Below are positions 9,395 through 18,293 of a stretch of DNA of 45,044 bases, in pieces (positions within the stretch are counted from its first letter, which is position 1; each line of letters begins with the position of its first letter). Below the pieces are notes generated by a model. It was not told where the DNA came from, ran no database searches, and saw only the letters and a program-made list of their open reading frames with translations. This DNA is from a virus (Duplodnaviria; Heunggongvirae; Uroviricota; Caudoviricetes). The position numbers and the translations under genes were made by a program. Location: the IMG/VR virus record IMGVR_UViG_2718217859_000007; one strand, given 5' to 3'.

Positions 9395-10654
9395 TCATAT
9401 CGACGATACATTCATCCAGGTACCATTCACACAATACTGAATGGTCCGGTAATAAATACCACCAATGTTATCTGCAGAATTGTCGCCAGTATCCTGAACG
9501 ATTATCCCGGTCATGACGTTTCCGCTACCAAGGTCCTGCGTCCAGGTATACCAGTTACCTGCGGGGGAGTAGCTTTGTCTTGACCCCAGCCTTACAGAAG
9601 TGATACTGGCCCCTGTTTTTGCGTAACGTGCATCGAAGTTTCCGTAGTCTGACGGTGTCACCCGCCCTGAAACATTCACTGCCCGGTTACTTTGTAACTC
9701 GCCATTCTGAAAACGGAATACGTGCTGACCATTGGCATAAACATCCAGCAGGCCGTCACCATTCTGTTTAAAGCCAGTATCACTGTCACCAATTGCAATT
9801 GAGTTACCCCCCAGCGCATTCTGAACACCGATACCCAGCGCACCATTCACCTGAGAGCCACCGCCAACAGACACTTTGTGCGACATGGATATCTCCCCCG
9901 TCCGCAAGTCAATACTGAACGGGCGCAATGAGCCAATATCACCATTTTCACCCTGACCTTCACTGGTAGGAATAAGGTGCAGGCACTCTTCCGAACGGCG
10001 AAAAATCAGACCAAAGGCTTCGTTGAAAATCCTCAGCGCATTAACACCACGGATTTTCAGTTCCCCGCTCATGGTGTCACCATCACGCTGAACGGCATTT
10101 TTTGCCTTATCCACCGTGGGTTTTAATCCGAGGTTTTCAACAGACTCATCCTTGTCTTCCACATCCGAAAGATTATTTTTTCGTTGCAGATAGCGTCTGT
10201 CTCCGATTTCCTGAGTAATAATGGCTCTGTCCGGATCAACCTCCAGCACCACGCTTTGCGCGTGCGTCAGTCCAAGAACCAGCGTCAGAATAACTTCCTT
10301 AATAACGGAATCCGTCTGGTCTGGTAAAAAGGTGTCCGGATAACGTCCGTACGCGATAAGCGTACCTCTGTCGCTGATCATCCCCAGTTCACGAAGGGTT
10401 TTACCGGGGTATGATTTACAGTCAATCACAATATCCCCGCTGATGAAGCCCTCCTCCACCGCACCGTCGGAAAAGGGTTCCTGCCCGAATTCGCCGTACA
10501 ATGATGTCATTGCTGCCATTTCATCCGGCGTGGATGGCAATGCCTGCCCGCCCCCGTCACCAAGCAGAACATGCCGGACGGTCACGGTTTGCCCGTTCTG
10601 ATATGCTGCTTCAATTTCTGCTGCGCCGGACGTTGTCAGAATCAGTCCATTCAT
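9395..10654 (-). CDS. tail fiber protein (P2 gpH-like)
   Basis: 419 aa; motifs AVQRDGDTMSGELKI, NALGGNSIAIGDSDTGFKQNGDGLLDVYANGQHVFRFQNG, GNFDARY, YCVNGTWMNV resemble P2 H by recall. Confidence 0.85.
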   Translation of the reverse strand: MNGLILTTSGAAEIEAAYQNGQTVTVRHVLLGDGGGQALPSTPDEMAAMTSLYGEFGQEPFSDGAVEEGFISGDIVIDCKSYPGKTLRELGMISDRGTLIAYGRYPDTFLPDQTDSVIKEVILTLVLGLTHAQSVVLEVDPDRAIITQEIGDRRYLQRKNNLSDVEDKDESVENLGLKPTVDKAKNAVQRDGDTMSGELKIRGVNALRIFNEAFGLIFRRSEECLHLIPTSEGQGENGDIGSLRPFSIDLRTGEISMSHKVSVGGGSQVNGALGIGVQNALGGNSIAIGDSDTGFKQNGDGLLDVYANGQHVFRFQNGELQSNRAVNVSGRVTPSDYGNFDARYAKTGASITSVRLGSRQSYSPAGNWYTWTQDLGSGNVMTGIIVQDTGDNSADNIGGIYYRTIQYCVNGTWMNVSSI

Positions 10655-11241
10655 ACTCCTGCCTCACTCTGCCCTTCAGTGGGCACTGTCTTTGTTATCA
10701 CACCGGTACTTCTGATTTTTTCTGTCGCCATCACATAGCCGTAACCAAATCCCCGCCCTGTGCTGTTCCCGTAGACGTGAATACTGAACCAGCTGCGCAG
10801 ATTTTTGGCACGGAGTACCGCATGCTTCAGATCCTGATGATCATTCATCAGTACCGGTAAATCCTTCTGCTCCACGTTCAGACGAAAGGTATACGGCTCC
10901 CCGGGTGGGGTCTGCTCATACCACTCAACAATCTGCGACCGGAAGGGACTGTCAGCCAGCGATGCCATCAGCGCCGCTTTAGTCCCTCTGTGGCGGTGGA
11001 TGTAAGCAGCACGTTTTATCGCAGACCGTTTTTCCGCCTCCGTCCAGTGTTCATTCCAGGTGTCCACCGCCATTTCCCAGGCCAGCCATGGCAGCAATTC
11101 AGCAGGACATAAATCGGGATTTTTCACATAGCGGATCAGGCAGACCGCTATATCTGACAGCATATCTCCGGCGACACAGTCCACCACCCGCTCCGCCCGG
11201 CTGGCACTGACCGGCAGTATGCTCCTGATATCGTCATTCAT
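10651..11241 (-). CDS. baseplate protein (P2 gpI-like)
   Basis: 196 aa ORF between J-like and H-like genes with 4-nt overlap. Confidence 0.7.
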   Translation of the reverse strand: MNDDIRSILPVSASRAERVVDCVAGDMLSDIAVCLIRYVKNPDLCPAELLPWLAWEMAVDTWNEHWTEAEKRSAIKRAAYIHRHRGTKAALMASLADSPFRSQIVEWYEQTPPGEPYTFRLNVEQKDLPVLMNDHQDLKHAVLRAKNLRSWFSIHVYGNSTGRGFGYGYVMATEKIRSTGVITKTVPTEGQSEAGV

Positions 11242-12148
11242 CAGTTGTCTCCACCTTATTCAGCGTTACCTTACGGCACCACGGTGCCTGCCCCATCGCA
11301 GGAACGATATCACTGCCCGGAGAGGTCAGATTCACAGTAATCACCCCGGTCTGGTGAAGGGCACCATCCATGCCAGAACGGGATGCCACCGAGCCAATCC
11401 GGTGGACGCTGTCAGTGTATGACTGCAGCGCCTTGCGGGCATTTGCCATAACCAGTTCACCATCCAGTCCGTAGGGAATATGAATATCCGCCACCACATC
11501 GTAGGGAATAATTTCTGCCGTCCGGACACTGACAAAATCCGTCAGGGGACGGGTTTCATCATCACTGACTGATGCTGCCACCTTATCCAGCAGGGGTTGT
11601 GATGCGCTGCCATTTCCTGACCGGGATAAAACATAAAGAAAAACGCGGCCTTCCTGTGAATGTGTTTCCGGCCCGTAAGCCTTCACATCCAGCACATCAG
11701 GATCAGCACTTTGTGCAAAATAGTGATACGCATTTTTCGCGCCGGCGGTGCTGAGCCGTGCCCACGACAACTGGATACGTTCGCGAAAAGCGTCATCATC
11801 TTCATACACCGCCGGCGTGGGCGGAATGGTGCTGTCGTCTGCCGGGGTAATGACCAGCCGCTGAACCTGATAATTCGCACCAACCTGATCCAGATCGCTC
11901 CCACCGGCACTGGCAAGCAGTACAGCACGGACAGCATCATTTATCTGCTGGCGCATCAGCGCCACCCGAAAAGCCAGCGCCTCTGCCCATTTATACGCGG
12001 GATCAGATTCCACCAGAGCCGAAAACAACGTATCCAGTTCCTGATACTTCGCCACTATCTGAGTGACCAGCATTGCGGTATCCGGCACTTCCACCGCATC
12101 CGGTACCGGTATCGCGGACAGATCAATGATTGCCTGAGACGTTGCCAA
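11234..12148 (-). CDS. baseplate protein J-like
   Basis: 304 aa ORF in conserved V-W-J-I-H order. Confidence 0.75.
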   Translation of the reverse strand: MATSQAIIDLSAIPVPDAVEVPDTAMLVTQIVAKYQELDTLFSALVESDPAYKWAEALAFRVALMRQQINDAVRAVLLASAGGSDLDQVGANYQVQRLVITPADDSTIPPTPAVYEDDDAFRERIQLSWARLSTAGAKNAYHYFAQSADPDVLDVKAYGPETHSQEGRVFLYVLSRSGNGSASQPLLDKVAASVSDDETRPLTDFVSVRTAEIIPYDVVADIHIPYGLDGELVMANARKALQSYTDSVHRIGSVASRSGMDGALHQTGVITVNLTSPGSDIVPAMGQAPWCRKVTLNKVETTDE

Positions 12149-12479
12149 TTTTTATCTCCTCGAGTCGAATCGTATCCTGAGTTTCGTTGTTCACCCCGAC
12201 AAGCGTCAGCCACGCGCTTCCTTCTCCTGTCCACGTCACTTCCACCCGCCGGAGAGTCAGGCGGGGTTCCCAGCGTTCAAGGGCGGTTACCGTTTCACGC
12301 ACAATTCTCACCCGCGTGAAATCATCCTGTGGGTTATCAAGCAGACTGAAAAGTCTGCTGCCGTATTCCCTGAGCAGGACCCGGCTGCCGACCGGTGTTG
12401 ACAAAATATCGGTGACGGACTGGCGCAGATGTTCGTTACCGTGCAGATATCTGCCGGTGGCTGAATCAATACCAATCAT
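12123..12479 (-). CDS. baseplate wedge protein (P2 gpW / gp25-like)
   Basis: 118 aa ORF between V-like and J-like genes. Confidence 0.7.
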   Translation of the reverse strand: MIGIDSATGRYLHGNEHLRQSVTDILSTPVGSRVLLREYGSRLFSLLDNPQDDFTRVRIVRETVTALERWEPRLTLRRVEVTWTGEGSAWLTLVGVNNETQDTIRLEEIKIGNVSGNH

Positions 12480-12512
12480 GTTGTTTATTCCGGAAAAAGA
12501 ACTGAAAGGAGA

Positions 12513-13136
12513 TTACATTTGCTGACCAGGCTGTCCGGTGCTGCCACCACTGTCGCCCCGGTGATTGTGACCGTTATAGACAATTCTGATTTGACTCATC
12601 GTTCCGTGATAATCAGAAACCTCACCACCGACCATCAGATCCGCCTTAACCACCGCCTCAGCATTCATGATTGCTTTACCCTGTACGGTCAGGGTATCTG
12701 TGATTTCTACCGGACCGTCCAGGGTTCCCCTGCCTGTAATTTTATAGCTGCCGCCTTCAGCCAGCGTGATGGACAGGGCATTAGCCTGACGGTCGTAACG
12801 GATTTCCGTTCCGGTATCAAACAAAATAACATGTTCGTATTCACTGCCCTCAGGGACAGGAATGGCGTCAATATTGGCCCCCGGATACACCCGACCATTA
12901 CGCAAATCGCCCGCCTCCGATATCACTGTAACGGCATCGCCGGGGGCCGGATAATTACTGACCTGCATGTAGCGCCCGGACTGTACCTGAATCCAGGGCA
13001 AAGGCGGCGAAAGCACATCCCCGATATCCACCCGGACCATCACCGGGCTGCCCGGGATCACATCCTCCACCACACCACGCCGGACCATATCCGCCACCCT
13101 GCGGCGTAACTCTGCCACTTCATCTGCCAGACTCAT
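12513..13136 (-). CDS. baseplate spike/assembly protein (P2 gpV-like)
   Basis: Start set at MSLADEVAELRRR (ATG at 13136), not the ORF-track extension to 13430, which overlaps the upstream gene and has no support. Confidence 0.7.
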   Translation of the reverse strand: MSLADEVAELRRRVADMVRRGVVEDVIPGSPVMVRVDIGDVLSPPLPWIQVQSGRYMQVSNYPAPGDAVTVISEAGDLRNGRVYPGANIDAIPVPEGSEYEHVILFDTGTEIRYDRQANALSITLAEGGSYKITGRGTLDGPVEITDTLTVQGKAIMNAEAVVKADLMVGGEVSDYHGTMSQIRIVYNGHNHRGDSGGSTGQPGQQM

Positions 13137-13686
13137 CACCGGTGCCCTCCGATTTCCAGATAAGACGATAATCCTGCTCATGTCTCTTGCCGGTTTCCGG
13201 TACTTTCCCCAGCCAGACTTCCTGTAATGGCGCACCAGCCGGAACATCGAACGGATCTTCCCCGACCGGAATATCCTGTTCAAAAGAAACGCGGAAAACG
13301 ATGTAGTCATCCAGCAGGCGGTCGAAGGTATCCACTTCAGCATCAATAAAAATGGCCGGGTCAACGTTATCCAGCCCGAACGTGGCTCCCTCAATCCAGT
13401 CGGACAAATCCATCGCCAGACAACGGGCAAATATCTGCGGTTTTGGCACGTTCTCCGTCTTCCCGGCCCGGTCTGTCACCACAAACAGATCGCATTTCAG
13501 CGTGACCCGTGTCTGCCCGTCGGCAAACCGGGCCTTGTCCCAGCCGGGCACATCAACAAACACGGCAGGCGTCACCAGTTGCGTCTCTTTTTCCGGGTAC
13601 TCATCGGCATCTTCCACCCAGGGAATTTGTTTCAGACTGTCAATAACCGCCTGATGCCAGGCGCCCATCATTAATGGCTCCATCAC
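13120..13686 (-). CDS. putative tail completion / virion morphogenesis protein
   Basis: 188 aa ORF between head-completion genes and gpV, in the P2 R/S position; function inferred from position only. Confidence 0.4.
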   Translation of the reverse strand: MMEPLMMGAWHQAVIDSLKQIPWVEDADEYPEKETQLVTPAVFVDVPGWDKARFADGQTRVTLKCDLFVVTDRAGKTENVPKPQIFARCLAMDLSDWIEGATFGLDNVDPAIFIDAEVDTFDRLLDDYIVFRVSFEQDIPVGEDPFDVPAGAPLQEVWLGKVPETGKRHEQDYRLIWKSEGTGDESGR

Positions 13687-14405
13687 TCCAGCCCCTTAAA
13701 TACCCGGAATTTCAGTTCATGCTCAAAATTTTTCAGGATCAGTGCTTCCGCATCCGGAAAAACAAAATCCTCTATACGGTTCAGCATGGCTTCGTAAATA
13801 TCGATTTCCGCTTCACGCACCCTTCGTCGTCCTGATACCTGACGGACCAGGACAGTCTTACGCCGTGAAATACGTCCGCGCCGGTTTTCAGACTCAAATT
13901 CATTAATGAAGGCCTCATCACCTGACCAGGTGGTGACCGGTATTGCCTCACCGGCAGGTTTAAAACGGATCTCCCTCGCCTTCCTGCTGCGTGAAGCTGG
14001 AGCAAAACGTCCCCGCACATCACGCAACTGATGGCGTTCGCCGCGTCGTCCACCACTGATGCGTCCGCGCAGATCGCGTACTTTGATGGCGTTCAGGCCG
14101 AACCATACCTTTGCCTCGTCAAACTCATCGCCGTTTCTACGAATGACAAAATCACGCAGCACACGCCTTCCGATCATTTTCTGACTGCGTGGGGCAACCT
14201 GTTTTTTAAACTCTGCCATGGCCTTCATCCGCAGTGCGGACGCGGCTCTTTTCAGCGCCACGCCCCAGGCTTTACGGATCTGGCTTTTTGAACCACCCAG
14301 TTTAGCGATAATTTTCAGCACCTCATCTTCATCAATATCGACGACGAGGTTTCGTGCCAGCCGTCGCTGCCGGGCACTGCTTCGTTCATGCTCTCTGACT
14401 GCCAT
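13683..14405 (-). CDS. putative tail completion / head-tail adaptor protein
   Basis: 240 aa Arg-rich ORF between FII-like and tail genes; position only. Confidence 0.4.
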   Translation of the reverse strand: MAVREHERSSARQRRLARNLVVDIDEDEVLKIIAKLGGSKSQIRKAWGVALKRAASALRMKAMAEFKKQVAPRSQKMIGRRVLRDFVIRRNGDEFDEAKVWFGLNAIKVRDLRGRISGGRRGERHQLRDVRGRFAPASRSRKAREIRFKPAGEAIPVTTWSGDEAFINEFESENRRGRISRRKTVLVRQVSGRRRVREAEIDIYEAMLNRIEDFVFPDAEALILKNFEHELKFRVFKGLE

Positions 14406-14793
14406 AACGTTTACTCGGTCGTTCCGGTGCAGCAGGTGTATTTCTCCCCGGCTCTCCCCGCGCGAGGATGATGGTAATCACCCCCTGACCCGCAGTGCCT
14501 GACTCATCCCAGCCTGGATCGACTACCTGATAGGGTTCGCCGTGGATCATGACCCTGTCATATTTTTTCAGACCGGCGGCCCATACGCTCCGGGTAAATA
14601 ATACAGGCGCAGTATCACGAATTTCGCCGCTGCCAGTGTTCATCCCGGTGTTATCTGCCGGAGCATCAAAAACGGCACGGATTCTTCTTTCCGTGCCGCC
14701 CGGATATATGCTGATTTCCGTCCCCATCGTATCCAGGATGATGTCATCCGCATCACTCATGGCCTGATCGAACAGATTATCGAACATCATCAC
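14386..14793 (-). CDS. head-tail connector (lambda FII-like)
   Basis: N-terminus MMMFDNLFDQAMSDADDIILDTMGTE resembles lambda FII MADFDNLFDAAIARADETIRGYMGT by recall. Confidence 0.7.
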   Translation of the reverse strand: MMMFDNLFDQAMSDADDIILDTMGTEISIYPGGTERRIRAVFDAPADNTGMNTGSGEIRDTAPVLFTRSVWAAGLKKYDRVMIHGEPYQVVDPGWDESGTAGQGVITIILARGEPGRNTPAAPERPSKRYGSQRA

Positions 14794-15158
14794 TCCCGGA
14801 TTTTTTCTGCCAGACCGTCCGCCAGCAACGCAGGAACTGCGGCTTCATTAACCAGCACAACACTCGAGGCCCGGGCAAACATCAACATTTTTCCCGTCAC
14901 AGCATCACAGGCTGGCATATGCGCCGTTTTCAGCATACGCACCCGGGCGAGTCCCCGCTCAGAATGCATTCCGTCGCCGGATGCATCGTTGCCCACCTCT
15001 TCCTTCCCTGTTTCCTCCCCATCGAATCCGGCGGCCTCCTCTTCCCATTCCGCCAGGCGCTGCTCAAGATCGGCTTTTGAACCTGAAATATCTGCTTCAC
15101 GCCCCAGAATCACTGCCAGTTCCTGCAAACGTTCAGTCATCTGCTCTTTTGTCATCAC
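14790..15158 (-). CDS. DNA packaging protein (lambda FI-like)
   Basis: Follows major capsid gene; N-terminus MMTKEQMTERLQELAVILGREADISGSKADLEQRLAEWEEE resembles lambda FI. Confidence 0.65.
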   Translation of the reverse strand: MMTKEQMTERLQELAVILGREADISGSKADLEQRLAEWEEEAAGFDGEETGKEEVGNDASGDGMHSERGLARVRMLKTAHMPACDAVTGKMLMFARASSVVLVNEAAVPALLADGLAEKIRE

Positions 15159-15174
15159 ATCTCTCCCGTGCGCT

Positions 15175-15200
15175 AAAGAAAAAGGCGGGAATATCCCGCC
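15175..15200 (-). terminator. terminator/attenuator hairpin just after major capsid gene
   Basis: Minus strand GGCGGG-ATATT-CCCGCC followed by TTTTTCTTT. Confidence 0.5.
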
Positions 15201-15205
15201 CCGTC

Positions 15206-16234
15206 TTATTTCACCTGAACCACCACAAACGCATCCGGATCCGGCAACACCATCAACGGCGCAGACTGCGTCATGGTATATTCACAACTTGGATCGCCAA
15301 TAACCTCCCAGTGTTTCGGATAACGCGTTGCAGAGGTGATCCCTTCACTCAGCGCCTGATTATCCTGGATTGCGCCATAGCAACGGACGCCCTCCGCCTG
15401 AGTGTTCCCCAGAATCAGTGTACCTTCCGGCAGATAACGCTGTTCATCCCCGTTTTCGTCAACATACGTTGTCTTCGCCACCACAATGGCCAGATCGCCG
15501 TAATGACCTTTAAAGGAAACCACGGAGCCCAGGTCTTTCAGTGCGGTTTCCAGCTCAGATTTGGAGCCGCGGCTGGTATCCAGTTTCTCACGGAACAGTT
15601 TAAAACCGTTCAGCATACGCCAGACCGTGCCGTCCATAATCGCGATATTGATGGTGCCGGAAGCGAAATCGCAGTACGCATCCAGATCATGCGTCGGATC
15701 GAAGGTGTCAGCATTCTGCTGTGACCATTCGCGTCCGCCAGCCTGCGTAATGTTATTGGCGGCAGAACGCCCAAAATCCACTTCCACCGTTTCAAACTGC
15801 TCGCCACTCATGGTGTATTTACCCTGCAGAACGGCACTGACCGCCTGCATTTCTTCCACCTGCACAATCGCCTGCTCTTCCTGTTTCAGGTTGTCCGTCA
15901 GAATACGCAAACGGCGGTAAGCCGGGTCATTAAGGCGGGCCGGATCTTCTCCCGGAAGACGTTCCACTGCCTGCTGATAATCAAAGCGGTGTTTTGGTTT
16001 TACATAACCAGGACGTAACACACGGGTTTCACCACCACGGCTGCGCAGCACTTTGCCTGACACCACCGGAGACACATACGCCGCAACCGGTGTTTTGCCG
16101 GTAATTTTATCCAGCATGACTTCCTGAGTATGGAAAGTGATCGTGCGACGAAAGAACAGCTCCAGAAACAGCGCACGAAATTTCACTTTCTGCTCGGTGT
16201 ACCCGAGTAACTGACGCGTGGTAAATAACCCCAT
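15206..16234 (-). CDS. major capsid protein (lambda gpE-like)
   Basis: 342 aa, alignable along its length with lambda E by recall (VSPVVSGKVLRSRGG, PGYVKPKH, VEEMQAVSAVLQGKYTMSGE, SAPLMVLPDPDAFVVVQ). Confidence 0.95.
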   Translation of the reverse strand: MGLFTTRQLLGYTEQKVKFRALFLELFFRRTITFHTQEVMLDKITGKTPVAAYVSPVVSGKVLRSRGGETRVLRPGYVKPKHRFDYQQAVERLPGEDPARLNDPAYRRLRILTDNLKQEEQAIVQVEEMQAVSAVLQGKYTMSGEQFETVEVDFGRSAANNITQAGGREWSQQNADTFDPTHDLDAYCDFASGTINIAIMDGTVWRMLNGFKLFREKLDTSRGSKSELETALKDLGSVVSFKGHYGDLAIVVAKTTYVDENGDEQRYLPEGTLILGNTQAEGVRCYGAIQDNQALSEGITSATRYPKHWEVIGDPSCEYTMTQSAPLMVLPDPDAFVVVQVK

Positions 16235-16257
16235 AATTTATATTCCTTCAGAAACAC

Positions 16258-16285
16258 AAACGGGCCGCATCGCGACCCGTTTTTC
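16258..16285 (-). terminator. hairpin between decoration and capsid genes (possible attenuator)
   Basis: Imperfect stem ACGGGCCGC/GCGACCCGT; T5 run on plus strand and T-rich tract on minus strand; orientation ambiguous. Confidence 0.3.
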
Positions 16286-16302
16286 AGTTAATCACTTCAC
16301 CA

Positions 16303-16638
16303 TCAGGCGTGGCTGATGGCACTTCCCACAAATGCGTTGGCTTTTTTCACCGCATCCACAGAGTCAGGCCAGACCAGCGACTCAGTGGCAAACGTACCGC
16401 TTTTGTAGTACGTCAGCATGGGTTCTGTTCCGGTAAGCGCCAGAGCCAGCACACCCACTGCCGTTCCGGCTTTCTGACCATCCCATGCCACCATTTTACC
16501 GGTGGTGTCATCCAGCATCAGCGGTGTCAGTGCTGGCGTGGCGGCACTGATACCACTGGTGGCAGTTGCGGTATGCGCCGGATCGCTTCCGGCAAAAATA
16601 TGCACATCTGCACGCTTTTCCGTGGTGGTTTTAATCAT
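16303..16638 (-). CDS. head decoration protein (lambda gpD-like)
   Basis: 111 aa; SDPAHTATA..TPLMLD..VAWDG..YKSGTF match lambda D by recall. Confidence 0.9.
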   Translation of the reverse strand: MIKTTTEKRADVHIFAGSDPAHTATATSGISAATPALTPLMLDDTTGKMVAWDGQKAGTAVGVLALALTGTEPMLTYYKSGTFATESLVWPDSVDAVKKANAFVGSAISHA

Positions 16639-16676
16639 TTTTCAGTCTCCTGATTTATCTGAATTCCGGATACCGC

Positions 16677-18293
16677 TTACGGCATACTCATCAGCAGGTC
16701 TTCCTCCCCGCGCCCGGCAGTTCCGCCACCGGAAACCGCACTGGCAGCATGCTGGGCCATAAAGCGATCAAAAAGTGTTTCCTGTGACGGTTGCGATGCC
16801 GCCGGCACGGCTGCCAGCAGTGTTTTCGCCTGCGCCACCGTCATTCCTGGCTGTTCTGTCAGTGCCTGTGCAAGTTGTTCGCGCCCTTTCGCCTCCGGTA
16901 GTGCCATAATCTGCCCGCCAACACTTACAGAACCCGCAACCGGTGCCGCCGCCAGTAACGTTTTTGCCTGGTCAACGGTCATTCCCGGCTGTTCAGCCAG
17001 TGCCTGTGCCAGTTGTTCACGCCCTTTTGCTTCCGGCAGCGCCATAATCTGATCGCCTGTGCCTGCAGTACTGGCAGCAGGGGCTGCCGCCAGAAACGCT
17101 TTCGCCTGCTCCACCGTCATTCCCGGCTGACCTGCCAGCATCTGCGCCAGCTGTTCACGCCCTTTTGCTTCCGGCAGCGCCATAATCTGATCACCTGTAT
17201 TTGCCACACTGGCAGCAGGCACAGCAGCCAGGAAAGCTTTCGCCTGCTCAACCGACATTCCTGGTTGCCCTGCCAGCATCTTCGCCAGTTGTTCGCGTCC
17301 TTTTGCCTCCTGACAATTCAGGATCTCCATCACGCGCTGATTTTCCTGGGCCACAGCCTCAATGATCGAAACATTCGTTTGCGACATATTTACCTCTCTA
17401 TTAATTTCTTTATTTATTGCAGAAACCATCACTTCAACGGCATCTGCAGCATTAATCAGTTGATCAGCCAGGCCTGCATCAATCCCTGCCTGACCGTCAT
17501 AAACGGCAGCCTCGGTATTCATCACCGCCTCTGAACTCAGCCCCGTATAAAGCGCCACCTTGTCGACAAACATCCGGCGGGCCTCATCAATACGGCGCTG
17601 AAAATCTGCACGCACACCTGCCGGCAATGCCTGAATACTGTTGCCGTCAACCTTGTGCTGCCCGGAGTAAATCAGCGTGATGTCCACCCCTTCCTGTGCC
17701 AGTTGTTTCTCGTAACTGGTGTGCGCCATCATCACACCAATCGAACCAATTTTTGCCGTCTGCGTGACCAGCCGACGCGTACAGGCTGCCGCCAGCAACA
17801 TGGCGGCTGAACAGGCCATGTCATTACACAGCGCCCACACGGGCTTCTGTTCCCGCAGACGGTAAATCATGTCAGCACAGTCAAACGCCCCGGCAGCCTG
17901 ACCGCCCGGGCTGTCGATATCCAGCAAAATGCCGCGCACATCCGGATCATTCACTGCCATCTGAAGGCGGGCCGTCAGGCCGTCATAGCCTGTCATGCCG
18001 GAGTAAGGCCGCAGGGTACCCAGTTTATGCACCAGCGTGCCGCTCACCGGCAGAATGGCAATGCCATTCTTCACCTGGTAACTCTTTGCCGGACGCTGAC
18101 CACCCGCCATATAGTCAGTCACAGCCAGCTGCATACCATCAGCATCAAGCTGAACAGCCTGCTGAGGAACGGCAAGGCTGCCGGCCCCCATCTCTTTACC
18201 CAGCGCGCAAAAGAAAACCCGCGCATAGGCGGGTTCCAGTAAAAGCGGCTCATTAAATGCCATGGCGGCAATATGCGATAAATTACGACGCAT
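16677..18293 (-). CDS. prohead protease / scaffold (lambda gpC/Nu3-like) with expanded C-terminal repeats
   Basis: N-terminus HIAAMAFNEPLLLEPAYARVFFCAL matches lambda C; 538 aa vs 439 in lambda because of ~4 tandem ~46-aa repeats. Confidence 0.9.
   Translation of the reverse strand: MRRNLSHIAAMAFNEPLLLEPAYARVFFCALGKEMGAGSLAVPQQAVQLDADGMQLAVTDYMAGGQRPAKSYQVKNGIAILPVSGTLVHKLGTLRPYSGMTGYDGLTARLQMAVNDPDVRGILLDIDSPGGQAAGAFDCADMIYRLREQKPVWALCNDMACSAAMLLAAACTRRLVTQTAKIGSIGVMMAHTSYEKQLAQEGVDITLIYSGQHKVDGNSIQALPAGVRADFQRRIDEARRMFVDKVALYTGLSSEAVMNTEAAVYDGQAGIDAGLADQLINAADAVEVMVSAINKEINREVNMSQTNVSIIEAVAQENQRVMEILNCQEAKGREQLAKMLAGQPGMSVEQAKAFLAAVPAASVANTGDQIMALPEAKGREQLAQMLAGQPGMTVEQAKAFLAAAPAASTAGTGDQIMALPEAKGREQLAQALAEQPGMTVDQAKTLLAAAPVAGSVSVGGQIMALPEAKGREQLAQALTEQPGMTVAQAKTLLAAVPAASQPSQETLFDRFMAQHAASAVSGGGTAGRGEEDLLMSMP
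16780..17330 (-). repeat. tandem ~138-bp (46-codon) in-frame repeats inside the C/Nu3 gene
   Basis: CATAATCTG-containing unit recurs at ~16903, 17042 and 17181; protein repeats ALPEAKGREQLAQ(M/A)L(A/T)(G/E)QPGM(T/S)V(E/D/A)QAK..LAA.PAAS about 4 times. Confidence 0.8.

Noticed and set aside
13137-13430. N-terminal extension of the gpV-like ORF (12513-13430 in the ORF track)
   Set aside because: The extension overlaps the upstream gene and lacks similarity; the conserved protein starts at MSLADEV (13136).
16780-17330. Possible CRISPR-like array because of regular ~138-bp repeats
   Set aside because: Repeats are in-frame protein-coding units inside the C/Nu3 gene with no spacer-repeat structure; no cas genes in the window.
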